This document shows, piece after piece, positions 27,747-36,938 of a stretch of 64,000 nt of DNA. The notes below the pieces were generated by a model, which worked only from the letters and a program-made list of their open reading frames with translations, had not been told where the DNA came from and did not search any database. The translations under genes and the position numbers were made by a program. The stretch's first letter is position 1; each line of letters begins with the position of its first letter. Source of the stretch: Dehalococcoidia bacterium (GTDB lineage Bacteria > Chloroflexota > Dehalococcoidia > Lucifugimonadales > VXLM01); the NCBI GenBank assembly GCA_034423035.1, contig DAOUJF010000025.1:64349-128348 (forward strand), written 5' to 3'.

Positions 27747-28353
27747 CCCATCACAACCCTCACCCCCCCGTCATTCCCCCGAAGGAACGTCACCCCGTAC
27801 CCCGATACGGGGCGGGAATCCATCCCCTCCTATCGGCCCTGATCGCGAGCGGGATTCCGGGTCTTCCCCCCTATCCGGGAAAAAACTCTCACACGTCGAC
27901 GCCTCCGGCAAGGCACAGATGGTCGACGTAGGCGCAAAGGACTCAACCGAGCGCATGGCCGTCGTCACCGGCTCAGTCCTCATGCAGCCCGACACCCTGA
28001 AGCTCATCGAGACCAACGACATCGAGAAGGGCGACGTTCTGGGCGTCGCGCGGATCGCCGGGATCATGGCGGCCAAGAACACCGCGCAACTCATTCCCCT
28101 CTGCCATCCTCTGCCCCTCGACCAGGTCACCGTCGAGTTCCGCCTCGACCATGAGCGGAGCGCCGTCGACATACGCGGGACCGCGCGCACAACCGCCAAG
28201 ACCGGCGTCGAGATGGAGGCCATGACCGCCGTCAGCGTAGCCGCCTTGACGATCTACGACATGTGCAAGGCCGTCGACCGCGGAATGCGCATCGGCGACA
28301 TCCGACTCCGCCGCAAGACCGGCGGCAAATCCGGCGACATCACCCTCGAATAA
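27739..28353 (+). CDS. moaC: cyclic pyranopterin monophosphate synthase MoaC (REP-derived N-terminal extension if the ATG at 27739 is used)
   Basis: Homology core starts at [18 protein letters not shown]. Also [32 protein letters not shown]. There is no other in-frame ATG/GTG/TTG between 27739 and the core. Confidence 0.85.
   Translation: MNNPSQPSPPRHSPEGTSPRTPIRGGNPSPPIGPDRERDSGSSPLSGKKLSHVDASGKAQMVDVGAKDSTERMAVVTGSVLMQPDTLKLIETNDIEKGDVLGVARIAGIMAAKNTAQLIPLCHPLPLDQVTVEFRLDHERSAVDIRGTARTTAKTGVEMEAMTAVSVAALTIYDMCKAVDRGMRIGDIRLRRKTGGKSGDITLE
27770..27823. repeat. REP family 3 long form, located inside the moaC reading frame
   Basis: gtcattcccccgaaggaacgtcaccccgtaccccgatacggggcgggaatccat is near-identical in design to 44291-44345. 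Confidence 0.75.
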
Positions 28354-28416
28354 CCAATGCCAATTCGCTTGGACTACTCCCCAAAACAGATGCCCTCCAC
28401 CTCACTCCGTCAACCT

Positions 28417-28490
28417 GTCGTAGGGGCGAGTTTCAAACCCGCCCCTTGCCACCTCCCAAAACCGTCATTCCCGCGCACGCGGGAATCCAC
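28417..28490. repeat. REP family 4 (TGTAGGGGCGA....CGCCCC) followed by family 3
   Basis: gtcgtaggggcgagtttcaaacccgcccc ... gtcattcccgcgcacgcgggaatccac. Confidence 0.65.
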
Positions 28491-28550
28491 TAAATCCCTC
28501 CGCGAACTCCGTGCCATCCGCAGTGAATCACCCCTAATCAGGAACAACCC

Positions 28551-29396
28551 ATGACCAAACAAAAAGTCCTCGTCACCGGCGCAAGCGGCCTCATCGGCGG
28601 TCTCATCGTCGAGCATCTCGCCGACAAGTACGACTTCAGCGCACTCAATCGCCGTCCCGTCGAGGGCATCCCCTGCACGCAGGCCGACATCTCCGACCTC
28701 GACGCCATCCTCCCTGCCTTCGAGGGCGTGGACATGGTCGTCCACATGGCCAATTACATCGATGATGTCTTCGACTGGGAGAAGCACCTCACCGCCGGCA
28801 TCATGGGCACACGCAACGTCTTTGAAGCCGCCCGAATTCACGGCGTTCGCAGGGTCGTCTACGGCAGCACTGGCGACACCCAGACGGGCTACGAGTACGA
28901 CAAGACCCTCCCGTACGGCCACATCGGCGCGGGCAAGTACGACGATGTCCCTGATACCTGGCCCATGATCACGCACCTCGATCCCGTCCGCCCGAAGAGC
29001 GTCTACGGCGCGTGCAAGGTCTTCGGCGAGGCCCTGGCCCGCTACTACTCCGACGTCTTCGACATGTCGATTCCCTGCATCAGGCTGGGAGCCGTGTCGC
29101 CCGCCAACAGGCCGACCCAGCGCCGACAGGCAATGTCATACCTCAGCCACCGGGACTGCGTTGCAGTGGTCGACAAATGCCTGCAGGCCCCGCCTTCACT
29201 CAAGTTCGACATCTTCCGAGCGACCTCCGACAACAAATACCGCTGGATAGACACAGAGCACACCAAGGACGTTCTCGGATGGCAACCCCAGGACAGCGCC
29301 GACGATTTCGACATCGACGACGAGGGCGGCTGGCACCAGGTCTACTCAGCCCACCTCGACCGCACGGCCCTCGGCATTGAGAGGAGTGACGACTAG
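28551..29396 (+). CDS. NAD-dependent epimerase/dehydratase family protein
   Basis: VLVTGASGLIGG Rossmann motif and YGACK catalytic Tyr-x3-Lys. Confidence 0.75.
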   Translation: MTKQKVLVTGASGLIGGLIVEHLADKYDFSALNRRPVEGIPCTQADISDLDAILPAFEGVDMVVHMANYIDDVFDWEKHLTAGIMGTRNVFEAARIHGVRRVVYGSTGDTQTGYEYDKTLPYGHIGAGKYDDVPDTWPMITHLDPVRPKSVYGACKVFGEALARYYSDVFDMSIPCIRLGAVSPANRPTQRRQAMSYLSHRDCVAVVDKCLQAPPSLKFDIFRATSDNKYRWIDTEHTKDVLGWQPQDSADDFDIDDEGGWHQVYSAHLDRTALGIERSDD

Positions 29397-29427
29397 ATCT
29401 TTCACCGACCAACTCACGCCACCAATA

Positions 29428-29475
29428 TCCTCTCTAACAGCGTGGGAGAGGGCTAGGGTGAGGGTAAATCCCACC
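29428..29475. repeat. REP family 2 copy (CCCTCTCCC-loop-GGGAGAGGGCTAGGGTGAGGGT)
   Basis: cctctctaacagcgtgggagagggctagggtgagggtaaatccc. Confidence 0.6.
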
Positions 29476-29505
29476 CCACCAACAAACTCCAAGGGCAGGA
29501 CGCAA

Positions 29506-31137
29506 ATGACCAACACACCTCCGGCACAAAGACCCATCAAACCCAAGGGCGACATCCGCCTGCTCTTCGTGGCCGACCTCTCAAGCCACGCGCGCGAGCC
29601 GTTCACCAGCGATCCGGCTACGCCGGAACAGATCGAAAGGCTAGTCGACCACTTCGCCCTGAGCGGGGCCGACGCTCTGGGCCAGGAGGTCTTTGGACAG
29701 GGTTGGGTCACCTACTTCCGCTCCGACACCTATGAGTTCGATCAGCGTCCCCAGCATCGTCGCTGGATACCCATGCTCGACCGGGGTATCAACCCCATCG
29801 AGATATTCATCGACCGCGCCCACAAGCACGGCATGAAGTTCATCGCCGGTGCGCGATTCGGCGACGACCACGGAGCTCCCACCCAGGGCGCACAGTGGAT
29901 GTTCGACCACCCGGAGTTCATCCTGAAAGACGTCCCGCCGGGACCCCTCGCCAACCCCGGCAATGCGATGGACTTCTCCTTCAAGGAGGTGCGGGACTTC
30001 CACTTCGGGGCCATCGAGGAGATCGCCGGCCGCTTCGACATAGACGGCATCGAGATAACCTTCCGCAGCGACAACCACTTCCCGTACCCTCGCTCGATCT
30101 CCCGCGAGCGCCAGCCCCTGATGACCGAGCTCTTCCAGCGCATCCGCGACATGCTGGACGACGAGGGGCGAAAGAAAGGCAAGAAGCTCCTCTTGGGAGT
30201 TCGTGTCCCAGAGACCCTCGAAGAGTGCCACGATTGCGGGCTCGACATTCCCACGTGGATCACCACGGGAATCCTCGACTACGTGAGTCCCGCAAACACC
30301 ATGTACGCGAATCACAACGCGCAGTGGGAGGAGTTTTCGAGCTTTACGGAGGGAACCGGCTGCCTCCTCCTGCCCGGCGTCATGCCCTTCTGCTCGGCCT
30401 CCGACGCTCGAAGCGACACCGTCCCATGGGCGCTCCAGCCCCACACCGGCGACAGCGGCACCACCGAGCACATGGCCTTTCAGTCGCGGGTCTACCTCCG
30501 CCCGATGGCCGCCAACAACTACCGCGCCCTCGCCAGCAATATGTACGGCGCCGGTGCCGACGGCGTTTCAAGCTTCAACTACCAGGAGCAGTACACAGGA
30601 CACCTCATGGGCGACTTCCCCGGCTCTCTGGCCCTGCTCAAAGAGCTAAAGGACCCCGCTGTCATTAGAGCAAAACATCGCACTTACCTGTTCCGCTCGA
30701 TGATGGGCGGCACGGACTACCACGGAGGGCCCGGTATGGCTTCAACCGGCGCGATCAAGGACGACAAGATCGTCCTGAGCCGCGAGACCTCCGGCGTCCG
30801 GCAGGAATACCGACTGCGCCTATGCGAACAGTGGGACGACATCGGATACGCCTACGCCGCCCTCCGCGCCCAGCACCTCAGACCCGGCGGCAACCTGGCG
30901 CTCGAACTAAACGGCGTGGCCGTCCCAGTAGATACCGTCCGTCGAATGTGGCATGAGAGCGGTCGCTCCACCAACATCGGCCGCCCGCTCCCCGCCTACT
31001 CCACCATCATCTTCGACCTCGACCCGGATGTCATGATTGACGGAGACAACACCCTCGGCGTAACCCTAACCAATCAAGAAAAGGGTGCATCCGGCGATAT
31101 CCTCATCGACGAAATCGACGTCACCGTCATGCCCTGA
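29506..31137 (+). CDS. glycosyl-hydrolase-like (TIM-barrel-type) protein, paralog family
   Basis: Paralog of 25702-27261. Internal ATG at 29506 is chosen because 29377-29505 is REP sequence (SLTAWERARVRV). Confidence 0.6.
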   Translation: MTNTPPAQRPIKPKGDIRLLFVADLSSHAREPFTSDPATPEQIERLVDHFALSGADALGQEVFGQGWVTYFRSDTYEFDQRPQHRRWIPMLDRGINPIEIFIDRAHKHGMKFIAGARFGDDHGAPTQGAQWMFDHPEFILKDVPPGPLANPGNAMDFSFKEVRDFHFGAIEEIAGRFDIDGIEITFRSDNHFPYPRSISRERQPLMTELFQRIRDMLDDEGRKKGKKLLLGVRVPETLEECHDCGLDIPTWITTGILDYVSPANTMYANHNAQWEEFSSFTEGTGCLLLPGVMPFCSASDARSDTVPWALQPHTGDSGTTEHMAFQSRVYLRPMAANNYRALASNMYGAGADGVSSFNYQEQYTGHLMGDFPGSLALLKELKDPAVIRAKHRTYLFRSMMGGTDYHGGPGMASTGAIKDDKIVLSRETSGVRQEYRLRLCEQWDDIGYAYAALRAQHLRPGGNLALELNGVAVPVDTVRRMWHESGRSTNIGRPLPAYSTIIFDLDPDVMIDGDNTLGVTLTNQEKGASGDILIDEIDVTVMP

Positions 31138-31157
31138 GGAGACACCCGGAATGAGAG

Positions 31158-31226
31158 CCGTTCACCCTGAGCTTGTCGAAGGGTCGAACGGCGGTTCATA
31201 GTTAGACAAGCTCACCACGAACGGCT
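31158..31226. repeat. REP family 1, double unit
   Basis: ccgttcaccctgagcttgtcgaagggtcgaacggcggttcatagttagacaagctcaccacgaacgg. Confidence 0.7.
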
Positions 31227-31246
31227 TTTACGGAATTCGTAAACAA

Positions 31247-32473
31247 CTACCTAAGCAGCGCCACGGTCTCCACGTGATGCGTCTGCGGAAACATGTCGAT
31301 GGGCCGCACCGACTCGACACGAAGTCCGCCCCGCACCAGAATATCGAGATCCCGCGCCAGCGCCTCCGGATCGCACGACACATACACTGTCCGCTCCGGG
31401 GCCAGCCGAATGAGCGCCTCGAGGACGGTCGGATGGCACCCTGACCGCGGCGGGTCGAGGATCACTGCATCCGGGCGGGTCTCCATCGAGTCGAACACGT
31501 CCTCCGTCTTCCCTTCGATGAACTCCACGTTCTCGATGCCGGACGCATTCGCGGCGGCATCCCTGATTGCCGCTGCCGACTCCTCGATGGCGATGATCCT
31601 CTTCGCGGAGCCGGCCAGCAGTATGGCGAACGTCCCTACCCCCGCGTAGGCATCGACGACCAGTTCCTCGCCGGAAAGCTCAAGCGTCTCCCCCACAAGC
31701 GCCGCCAGTCGTTCCGCTTGCTCGGTGTTGACCTGGAAGAACGACGGCGACGCTATCCGGAAACTGTGGCCAAGCAGCTTCTCCGTGTAGTGGCTCTGCC
31801 CGGACTCCAGCGCTATCTCCGTACTCTTCAGCTTCGGCTGAATGAGCCAGTCTCCCGTATTGACCCCGTACCGAACGGACAACTGGCTCGTCTCCTGCGC
31901 CCGGCCCCTGAGGTCCCCCGCAAGCCGGTTGATCCCCGGCGTCATCAACATGCACTCGTCCGTCTGCACGAACCTGCGCGTGATCCGGTTGACGAACCCC
32001 GGACTGCCCTCCCGCCGGATCGTGTAGCGGGCGTGGTTTCGGTACCCGTACAGGCTCGGTGCCGGTATGCACGGGTCGATGGCGATTCCCTCAAGGGATG
32101 GATACTCAGCAAAGTTCCGCTCGACGTACCCCCGCTTGAGGACAAGCTGATGACTATACGAAACATGCTGCCACTGGCACCCGGTACACGCCCCGAAGTA
32201 CTGGCACGGCGCGGCAACCCGATGGGGCGATGAGGTGACGACTTCCTCCACCAACGCGGAGACCATCCGCTTCCTGCGCCTGCGATACCGAACAATCCGC
32301 GCGACAACGTGCTCGCCCGGAATCCCTCCGAACACGTTGATCCGCCCCTCCTCAAACTCAGCGAGACAGTCACCGAGAGGGCCTATCTCGTCGAGGAGGG
32401 TCAGATCGGCAATCTCAAGAGGCTGGTCGTCGGAACGCAAGGTCGTCACCGAACGATTGTAGCAGAGGCCCAA
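31247..32473 (-). CDS. SAM-dependent RNA (uracil-5-)-methyltransferase, TrmA/RlmD (RumA) family
   Basis: N-terminal TRAM-like region, Cys cluster CQYFGACTGCQWQH, VVDAYAGVGTF, DPPRSG, YVSCDPEALARDL. Confidence 0.8.
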   Translation of the reverse strand: MGLCYNRSVTTLRSDDQPLEIADLTLLDEIGPLGDCLAEFEEGRINVFGGIPGEHVVARIVRYRRRRKRMVSALVEEVVTSSPHRVAAPCQYFGACTGCQWQHVSYSHQLVLKRGYVERNFAEYPSLEGIAIDPCIPAPSLYGYRNHARYTIRREGSPGFVNRITRRFVQTDECMLMTPGINRLAGDLRGRAQETSQLSVRYGVNTGDWLIQPKLKSTEIALESGQSHYTEKLLGHSFRIASPSFFQVNTEQAERLAALVGETLELSGEELVVDAYAGVGTFAILLAGSAKRIIAIEESAAAIRDAAANASGIENVEFIEGKTEDVFDSMETRPDAVILDPPRSGCHPTVLEALIRLAPERTVYVSCDPEALARDLDILVRGGLRVESVRPIDMFPQTHHVETVALLR

Positions 32474-32493
32474 GATGGGCAGGTGCCCGTGGA

Positions 32494-33429
32494 TCAGTCG
32501 CTTGGCTCGACCCGAGACACTTTCTTGGCCGCCCGTGGATGTGCCGCAAGGTAGGCCTGACGGGCCTGCGTCTGCGTGACGTGGGTGTAAATCTGCGTGG
32601 TCGCGGGCGATGAGTGCCCCAGCAGTTCCTGCACGACTCGCAGGTCCGCGCCGCCTTCCAGCAGGTGCGTCGCGAACGAGTGTCGTAGGGTATGAGTGTG
32701 AACGTCGGTCCTCAGGCCGGTCATCGTCGAGTACTTGCGGACCTTCGCCTGGATGCTCCGCTGGCTCAGCCTTCCGCCGCTGCGGTTCAGGAACACCGCC
32801 GAGCCGCTTTCCTGCGTAGCAATCGTGGGGCGCACCTCCAGGAGGTACCGTGAAAGCGCCCGGTGGGCCGCTTCCCCGATCAGCACGACCCTTTGCTTCG
32901 ATCCTTTGCCCCGCACACGAAGCTCCCTGGTCTCGAAGTTGATGTCCCCAACGTCCAGGTCACGCGCCTCGCTGACCCGAAGTCCCGCAGCATAGATGAC
33001 TTCCAGCAGCGCGTGATCACGAAGCCCCAGACCGTCGGAGCCGCCGGGAGCCGAAACCAGGCGAGCGGCCTCGGCTTGCGAAAGGAACCGTGGCAGGCGG
33101 GACTCCTTCTTCATCATCCCCCGTGTGGGAAGAGGATCTTCCGTCAGGACGCCGGTCCGTATGAGCCAGCGTATGAACGTGCGCAGCACGCTCAGCTTTC
33201 GGACGACGCTGGCCTTCACGTAACCGAGTTCGACCAGCCACGCCAGATATCCCCTTATCCGGTAGCGGTTGAGATCGGCAAGCTCGGCGATGTCCTCACG
33301 GCGCATGAACTCGAAGAGCGGTTCGATGTCAGTCGTGTAGTTGCGCCGGGTAAGGGGCGCGAGTCCCTTCTCCGCAGTTAAATGCGTATCGAACTTATCG
33401 ATCAGGTCCCGCCAAGCAGTTTCGGTCAT
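32494..33429 (-). CDS. tyrosine recombinase, XerC/XerD type
   Basis: Catalytic residues in context (LRVSEA, HTLRHSFATHLL, LGHSSPATTQIYTHV). Sits in the dprA-topA-xer housekeeping context. Confidence 0.85.
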   Translation of the reverse strand: MTETAWRDLIDKFDTHLTAEKGLAPLTRRNYTTDIEPLFEFMRREDIAELADLNRYRIRGYLAWLVELGYVKASVVRKLSVLRTFIRWLIRTGVLTEDPLPTRGMMKKESRLPRFLSQAEAARLVSAPGGSDGLGLRDHALLEVIYAAGLRVSEARDLDVGDINFETRELRVRGKGSKQRVVLIGEAAHRALSRYLLEVRPTIATQESGSAVFLNRSGGRLSQRSIQAKVRKYSTMTGLRTDVHTHTLRHSFATHLLEGGADLRVVQELLGHSSPATTQIYTHVTQTQARQAYLAAHPRAAKKVSRVEPSD

Positions 33430-33497
33430 CTCGACAACATCATAAGGGCGCGTCGTAACGCGCCCCTACGTGTACTGAGTCCACTTTTGCCGGGGTT

Positions 33498-35660
33498 TTA
33501 CGCTTCGACCAGTTCCCCGGTCTCGACGGGATCGGGAACCGGGCCTCTGTAGTCGCAGTCTCTACACTGGCAGCGGTCGCGTCCCTGCTCGACAAGCAGG
33601 CCGCCGCACTCCGGACAGGGAACTGCGAGCGGCTTGCGGTTGACCGTGAAGTCGCAGTCAGGATAGTTGACGCAACCGTAGAATTTCCTGCCGTTCTTGC
33701 CGCGCTGTCGTCGCTCGACGATGTCGCCGCCGTCTTTCGGACACTGCACGCCTATCCGCTCCATCAGCGGCTTGGAGTTCCGGCAATTTGGGAACCCGCT
33801 GCACGAGAGGAACCGCCCGTACCGGCCCGACTTGATTACCATCGGGCTATCGCACTTGTCGCAGACTTCGCCGCTCTCCTCGTCGATCTGGTTGCTGGGG
33901 ACGCGGTCGGCCTTTTCTAGGGCGTTCTTGACGGTCGAATTGAAGGGCTCGTAGAAGTCCTTCAACATCGGATTCCACGCGCGTTCGCCACTGGCTATCT
34001 CGTCGAGTTGTTCTTCCATCTTCGCGGTGAATCCGATGTCCACCACGTCAGGGAAGTGCTGTATGAGCAGTCCCGTTACCGCTCTTCCGAGCTTCGTAGG
34101 CTCGAACCTGCCCTTTGCCTTGCGGGCGTAGTCGCGGTCGACAACGGTCGCGATGGTCGGCGCGTATGTGCTTGGGCGTCCGATGCCTTCCTCTTCGAGC
34201 GCTCGCACCAGCGTGGCCTCGCTGTAGCGCGGAGGGGGTTGTGTGAAGTGCTGCTCAGGTGTCAGTGCCGCCAGATCGAGTGCATCGCCGTCTTCCAGCG
34301 GAGGCAGTTCGCGGGACTCCTCGGAGGCCTTGCCGTTGGAGGTATCACTCCCCTCCATGTAAACTCTTCTGAAGCCGGCAAACTTGAGCACCGAGCCCGT
34401 GGCTCGAAAGTTATAGTGCGTGCCCGAAACTACGCTCTCCGCGTCGATGTCTACTCGCGTGGCGTCAAAGATCGCGTCGTTCATCTGCGAAGCGAGCATT
34501 CGTCGCCAAATGAGTTCGTACAACCGGAACTGCTCCAGAGTCAGGTGGTTCTTCACCTTCTCAGGCTCGGCGAATAGGGAGGTAGGCCTGATGGCCTCGT
34601 GGGCCTCCTGAGCGCCGCGTACACGCTTGGTATAACGACGAGGAGTCTTGGGAGCAAAGCTGCTTCCGAACTTCTCCTTCACGTATGCCGCCGCTTCACG
34701 CAGCGCTGAATCAGCTACGTTGGTGGAGTCCGTTCGCATGTATGTGATGAGGCCGGACGTTTCGCCACTGCCTACATTTATGCCCTCGTACAGCTGCTGG
34801 GCAACTACCATCGTCCGGCGGGCCGTAAAGCCCAATTTTCGCGACGCCTCCTGCTGGAGGGTGCTGGTGATGAACGGGGCCGAAGGCTTGCGTCGCCGTT
34901 CACGTCTTTGTACCGAAGTCACGCGATACGTCGCGCCTTCGAGGTCGCCGGTAATCGCGGTGGCCTCGGCCTCGTTCTTGATCTCGATGCGGTCCTTGCT
35001 GCCCTGCAATCGTCGAAGATCTGCGCTGAAGGTCTGTGCTTCGGCGCCATTCCTGGACTTCGGGACAAGTTGGGCTTCTATGCTCCAGTACTCGTCGGAC
35101 TCGAAGGCCTCGATCTCCTGCTCCCGCTCTACTATGAGCCGGAGCGCCACGGACTGGACTCTGCCCGCAGACAGGCCCCGTCGGACCTTCTTCCACAGTA
35201 CCGGGCTTAGCTCGTAACCAACGAGCCGGTCGAGTACCCTTCTCGCCTGTTGGGCGTCGATCAGGTTGTCATCGAGTTGGCGGGGGTGGGCGAATGCCTC
35301 CTTGACCGCCCCGTCGGTGATTTCATGGAAGATCACGCGTTTGACCTTGGACGCATCGATCTTGGCCGCACTGATGAGGTGCCAGGAAATGGCCTCCCCT
35401 TCGCGGTCCGGGTCGGTGGCGAGGTAGACAGTGGAAGCGGACTTTGCGGCGTCGGCGATTTCCTTGACGACCTTGCGCTTGTCCGGCATCACGCGATACT
35501 TGGGCACGAAGCTCAGGTCATCGACCCTCACGCCCATCTCCTTCGAGGGGATGTCGCGGACGTGGCCCATCGAGGCCTTGGTGTCAAACTGGCCGCCGAG
35601 GAACCTTCCAATGGTTCGTGCCTTGGCAGGCGACTCTACGATTACGAGGTCTTTACCCAT
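33498..35660 (-). CDS. topA: DNA topoisomerase I
   Basis: TOPRIM start MGKDLVIVESPAKARTI, DPDREGEAISWH, YITYMRTDS-type active-site region (ITYMRTDST), C-terminal Cys4 zinc ribbons. Confidence 0.95.
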   Translation of the reverse strand: MGKDLVIVESPAKARTIGRFLGGQFDTKASMGHVRDIPSKEMGVRVDDLSFVPKYRVMPDKRKVVKEIADAAKSASTVYLATDPDREGEAISWHLISAAKIDASKVKRVIFHEITDGAVKEAFAHPRQLDDNLIDAQQARRVLDRLVGYELSPVLWKKVRRGLSAGRVQSVALRLIVEREQEIEAFESDEYWSIEAQLVPKSRNGAEAQTFSADLRRLQGSKDRIEIKNEAEATAITGDLEGATYRVTSVQRRERRRKPSAPFITSTLQQEASRKLGFTARRTMVVAQQLYEGINVGSGETSGLITYMRTDSTNVADSALREAAAYVKEKFGSSFAPKTPRRYTKRVRGAQEAHEAIRPTSLFAEPEKVKNHLTLEQFRLYELIWRRMLASQMNDAIFDATRVDIDAESVVSGTHYNFRATGSVLKFAGFRRVYMEGSDTSNGKASEESRELPPLEDGDALDLAALTPEQHFTQPPPRYSEATLVRALEEEGIGRPSTYAPTIATVVDRDYARKAKGRFEPTKLGRAVTGLLIQHFPDVVDIGFTAKMEEQLDEIASGERAWNPMLKDFYEPFNSTVKNALEKADRVPSNQIDEESGEVCDKCDSPMVIKSGRYGRFLSCSGFPNCRNSKPLMERIGVQCPKDGGDIVERRQRGKNGRKFYGCVNYPDCDFTVNRKPLAVPCPECGGLLVEQGRDRCQCRDCDYRGPVPDPVETGELVEA

Positions 35661-35795
35661 AGTTATTCCGTAAGTTTCAAGATATAGGGGTCGGGACAAC
35701 AAAACAGGCAGGGTGTGGCCTGCCTCTTCTAGGTATTATGAACACAGGGCGCATCCGGTTTGCAACCGCTTTTCACCCGAATCCTATCGCCACAA

Positions 35796-36884
35796 TCAAA
35801 CTCGCACGTAATTCATCCCGCCAATCTGACGCACGAGACCGCGCAATTCCATCATTGCAAGAAGGCTGCTCACGACCGAGATGGTCATCCCGGAACCACG
35901 GATGATCTCGTCTATGTGAGTAGGTTCCTGACTGAGATGGTACAGGACCTTGGACTCGTCATCGTTGGCCGGGAAGAGTGCCGCCATCTCGATTTGCGCT
36001 CCCACAAACGAAAGGTTGAGTTCCTCGAGAATGTCCTCGTGCTTATGGACGGGCTTCGCTTCCATGCGCTGGATCAGGCTGTTGGTGCCGCGACTGCCGG
36101 GTGACAGGATGCTGCCCGGCACGGCGAATACCTCACGGTTCTGATCGAGGGCGTGCCTGGCGGTTATCAAGGCGCCGCTGCTTTCCGCCGCCTCGATCAC
36201 GAGTGTTCCCAGTGTTATCCCACTGAGAATTCGGTTTCGACGCGGAAAGTGCTCGGCCTTTGGCTTGGTGCCTATAGGATGCTCGGATACGACGGCGCCA
36301 TTTTCAACTATCTCGTCAGCTAGCCGGGCGTGTTGGCGGGGGTAGACGATGTCAACGCCATTTCCAAGCACGGCGACCGTTCGGCCTCCCGCTTCCAGTG
36401 CCGCCCGGTGGGCTATCCCGTCCACTCCACTGGCGAGGCCGCTGACGACTACCACATTCGATTTGGCGAGATCCGTGGACAGCCGGTGGGTGACCTCCCG
36501 ACCGTAAGCCGTGACCCGCCTTGTACCGACGACAGCCACCGATCTCTCGTCCTTGGGAAGAAGGTCGCCCTTTACATAGATAACCGGTGGCGCGTCGTCG
36601 ATCTCCTTGAGGCGAGCCGGATATTCGGGATCGTGCCACGTGTAGGCCGAGCACCCATGCTCCTCAAGCAGCGATAGTTCACCGTCAGGATTGATTCTTG
36701 TCCGATGCCTCAGGACCGAGCCGGTCGTCCTCTCATCCAAGCCCGCCTCACGCAGCGCCGCTTCGCTCGCGCTCCAAGCATCCGAGAGCGAACCGAAGCG
36801 TTTCTCGAGCAGACGCAGGCGCACCGTTCCTATGAATGGCACGCGTGTGAAGGCGATCCAGTGCTTGAGTTCAGCAGGATTCAT
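35796..36884 (-). CDS. dprA: DNA-processing protein DprA (Smf)
   Basis: VAVVGTRRVTAYG, VVSGLASGVDGIAHRAAL, ESSGALITA, C-terminal winged-helix-like tail. Confidence 0.9.
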   Translation of the reverse strand: MNPAELKHWIAFTRVPFIGTVRLRLLEKRFGSLSDAWSASEAALREAGLDERTTGSVLRHRTRINPDGELSLLEEHGCSAYTWHDPEYPARLKEIDDAPPVIYVKGDLLPKDERSVAVVGTRRVTAYGREVTHRLSTDLAKSNVVVVSGLASGVDGIAHRAALEAGGRTVAVLGNGVDIVYPRQHARLADEIVENGAVVSEHPIGTKPKAEHFPRRNRILSGITLGTLVIEAAESSGALITARHALDQNREVFAVPGSILSPGSRGTNSLIQRMEAKPVHKHEDILEELNLSFVGAQIEMAALFPANDDESKVLYHLSQEPTHIDEIIRGSGMTISVVSSLLAMMELRGLVRQIGGMNYVRV

Positions 36885-36938
36885 GAGGCAGTAATGATAG
36901 CACGCCGCTGGGCCGCCATAGCAGAGGATTCCCCGATG

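Noticed and set aside
29377-29505. N-terminal extensions given by the ORF track. They are 29377 (REP-encoded), 13808-13957, 19048-19146, 24214-24255, 35661-35702, 46535-46654, 47580-47669, 51949-52068 and 60107-60247.
   Set aside because: The extensions overlap upstream genes or REP repeats, or lack an SD. Internal ATGs coincide with the start of family homology and with SD-like sequences.
32494-33429. The tyrosine recombinase as the integrase of a mobile element or prophage boundary.
   Set aside because: It lies in a co-directional housekeeping block (dprA-topA-xer-RNA methyltransferase). It has Xer-type length and motifs. No att-like repeats, tRNA gene or phage genes are nearby.
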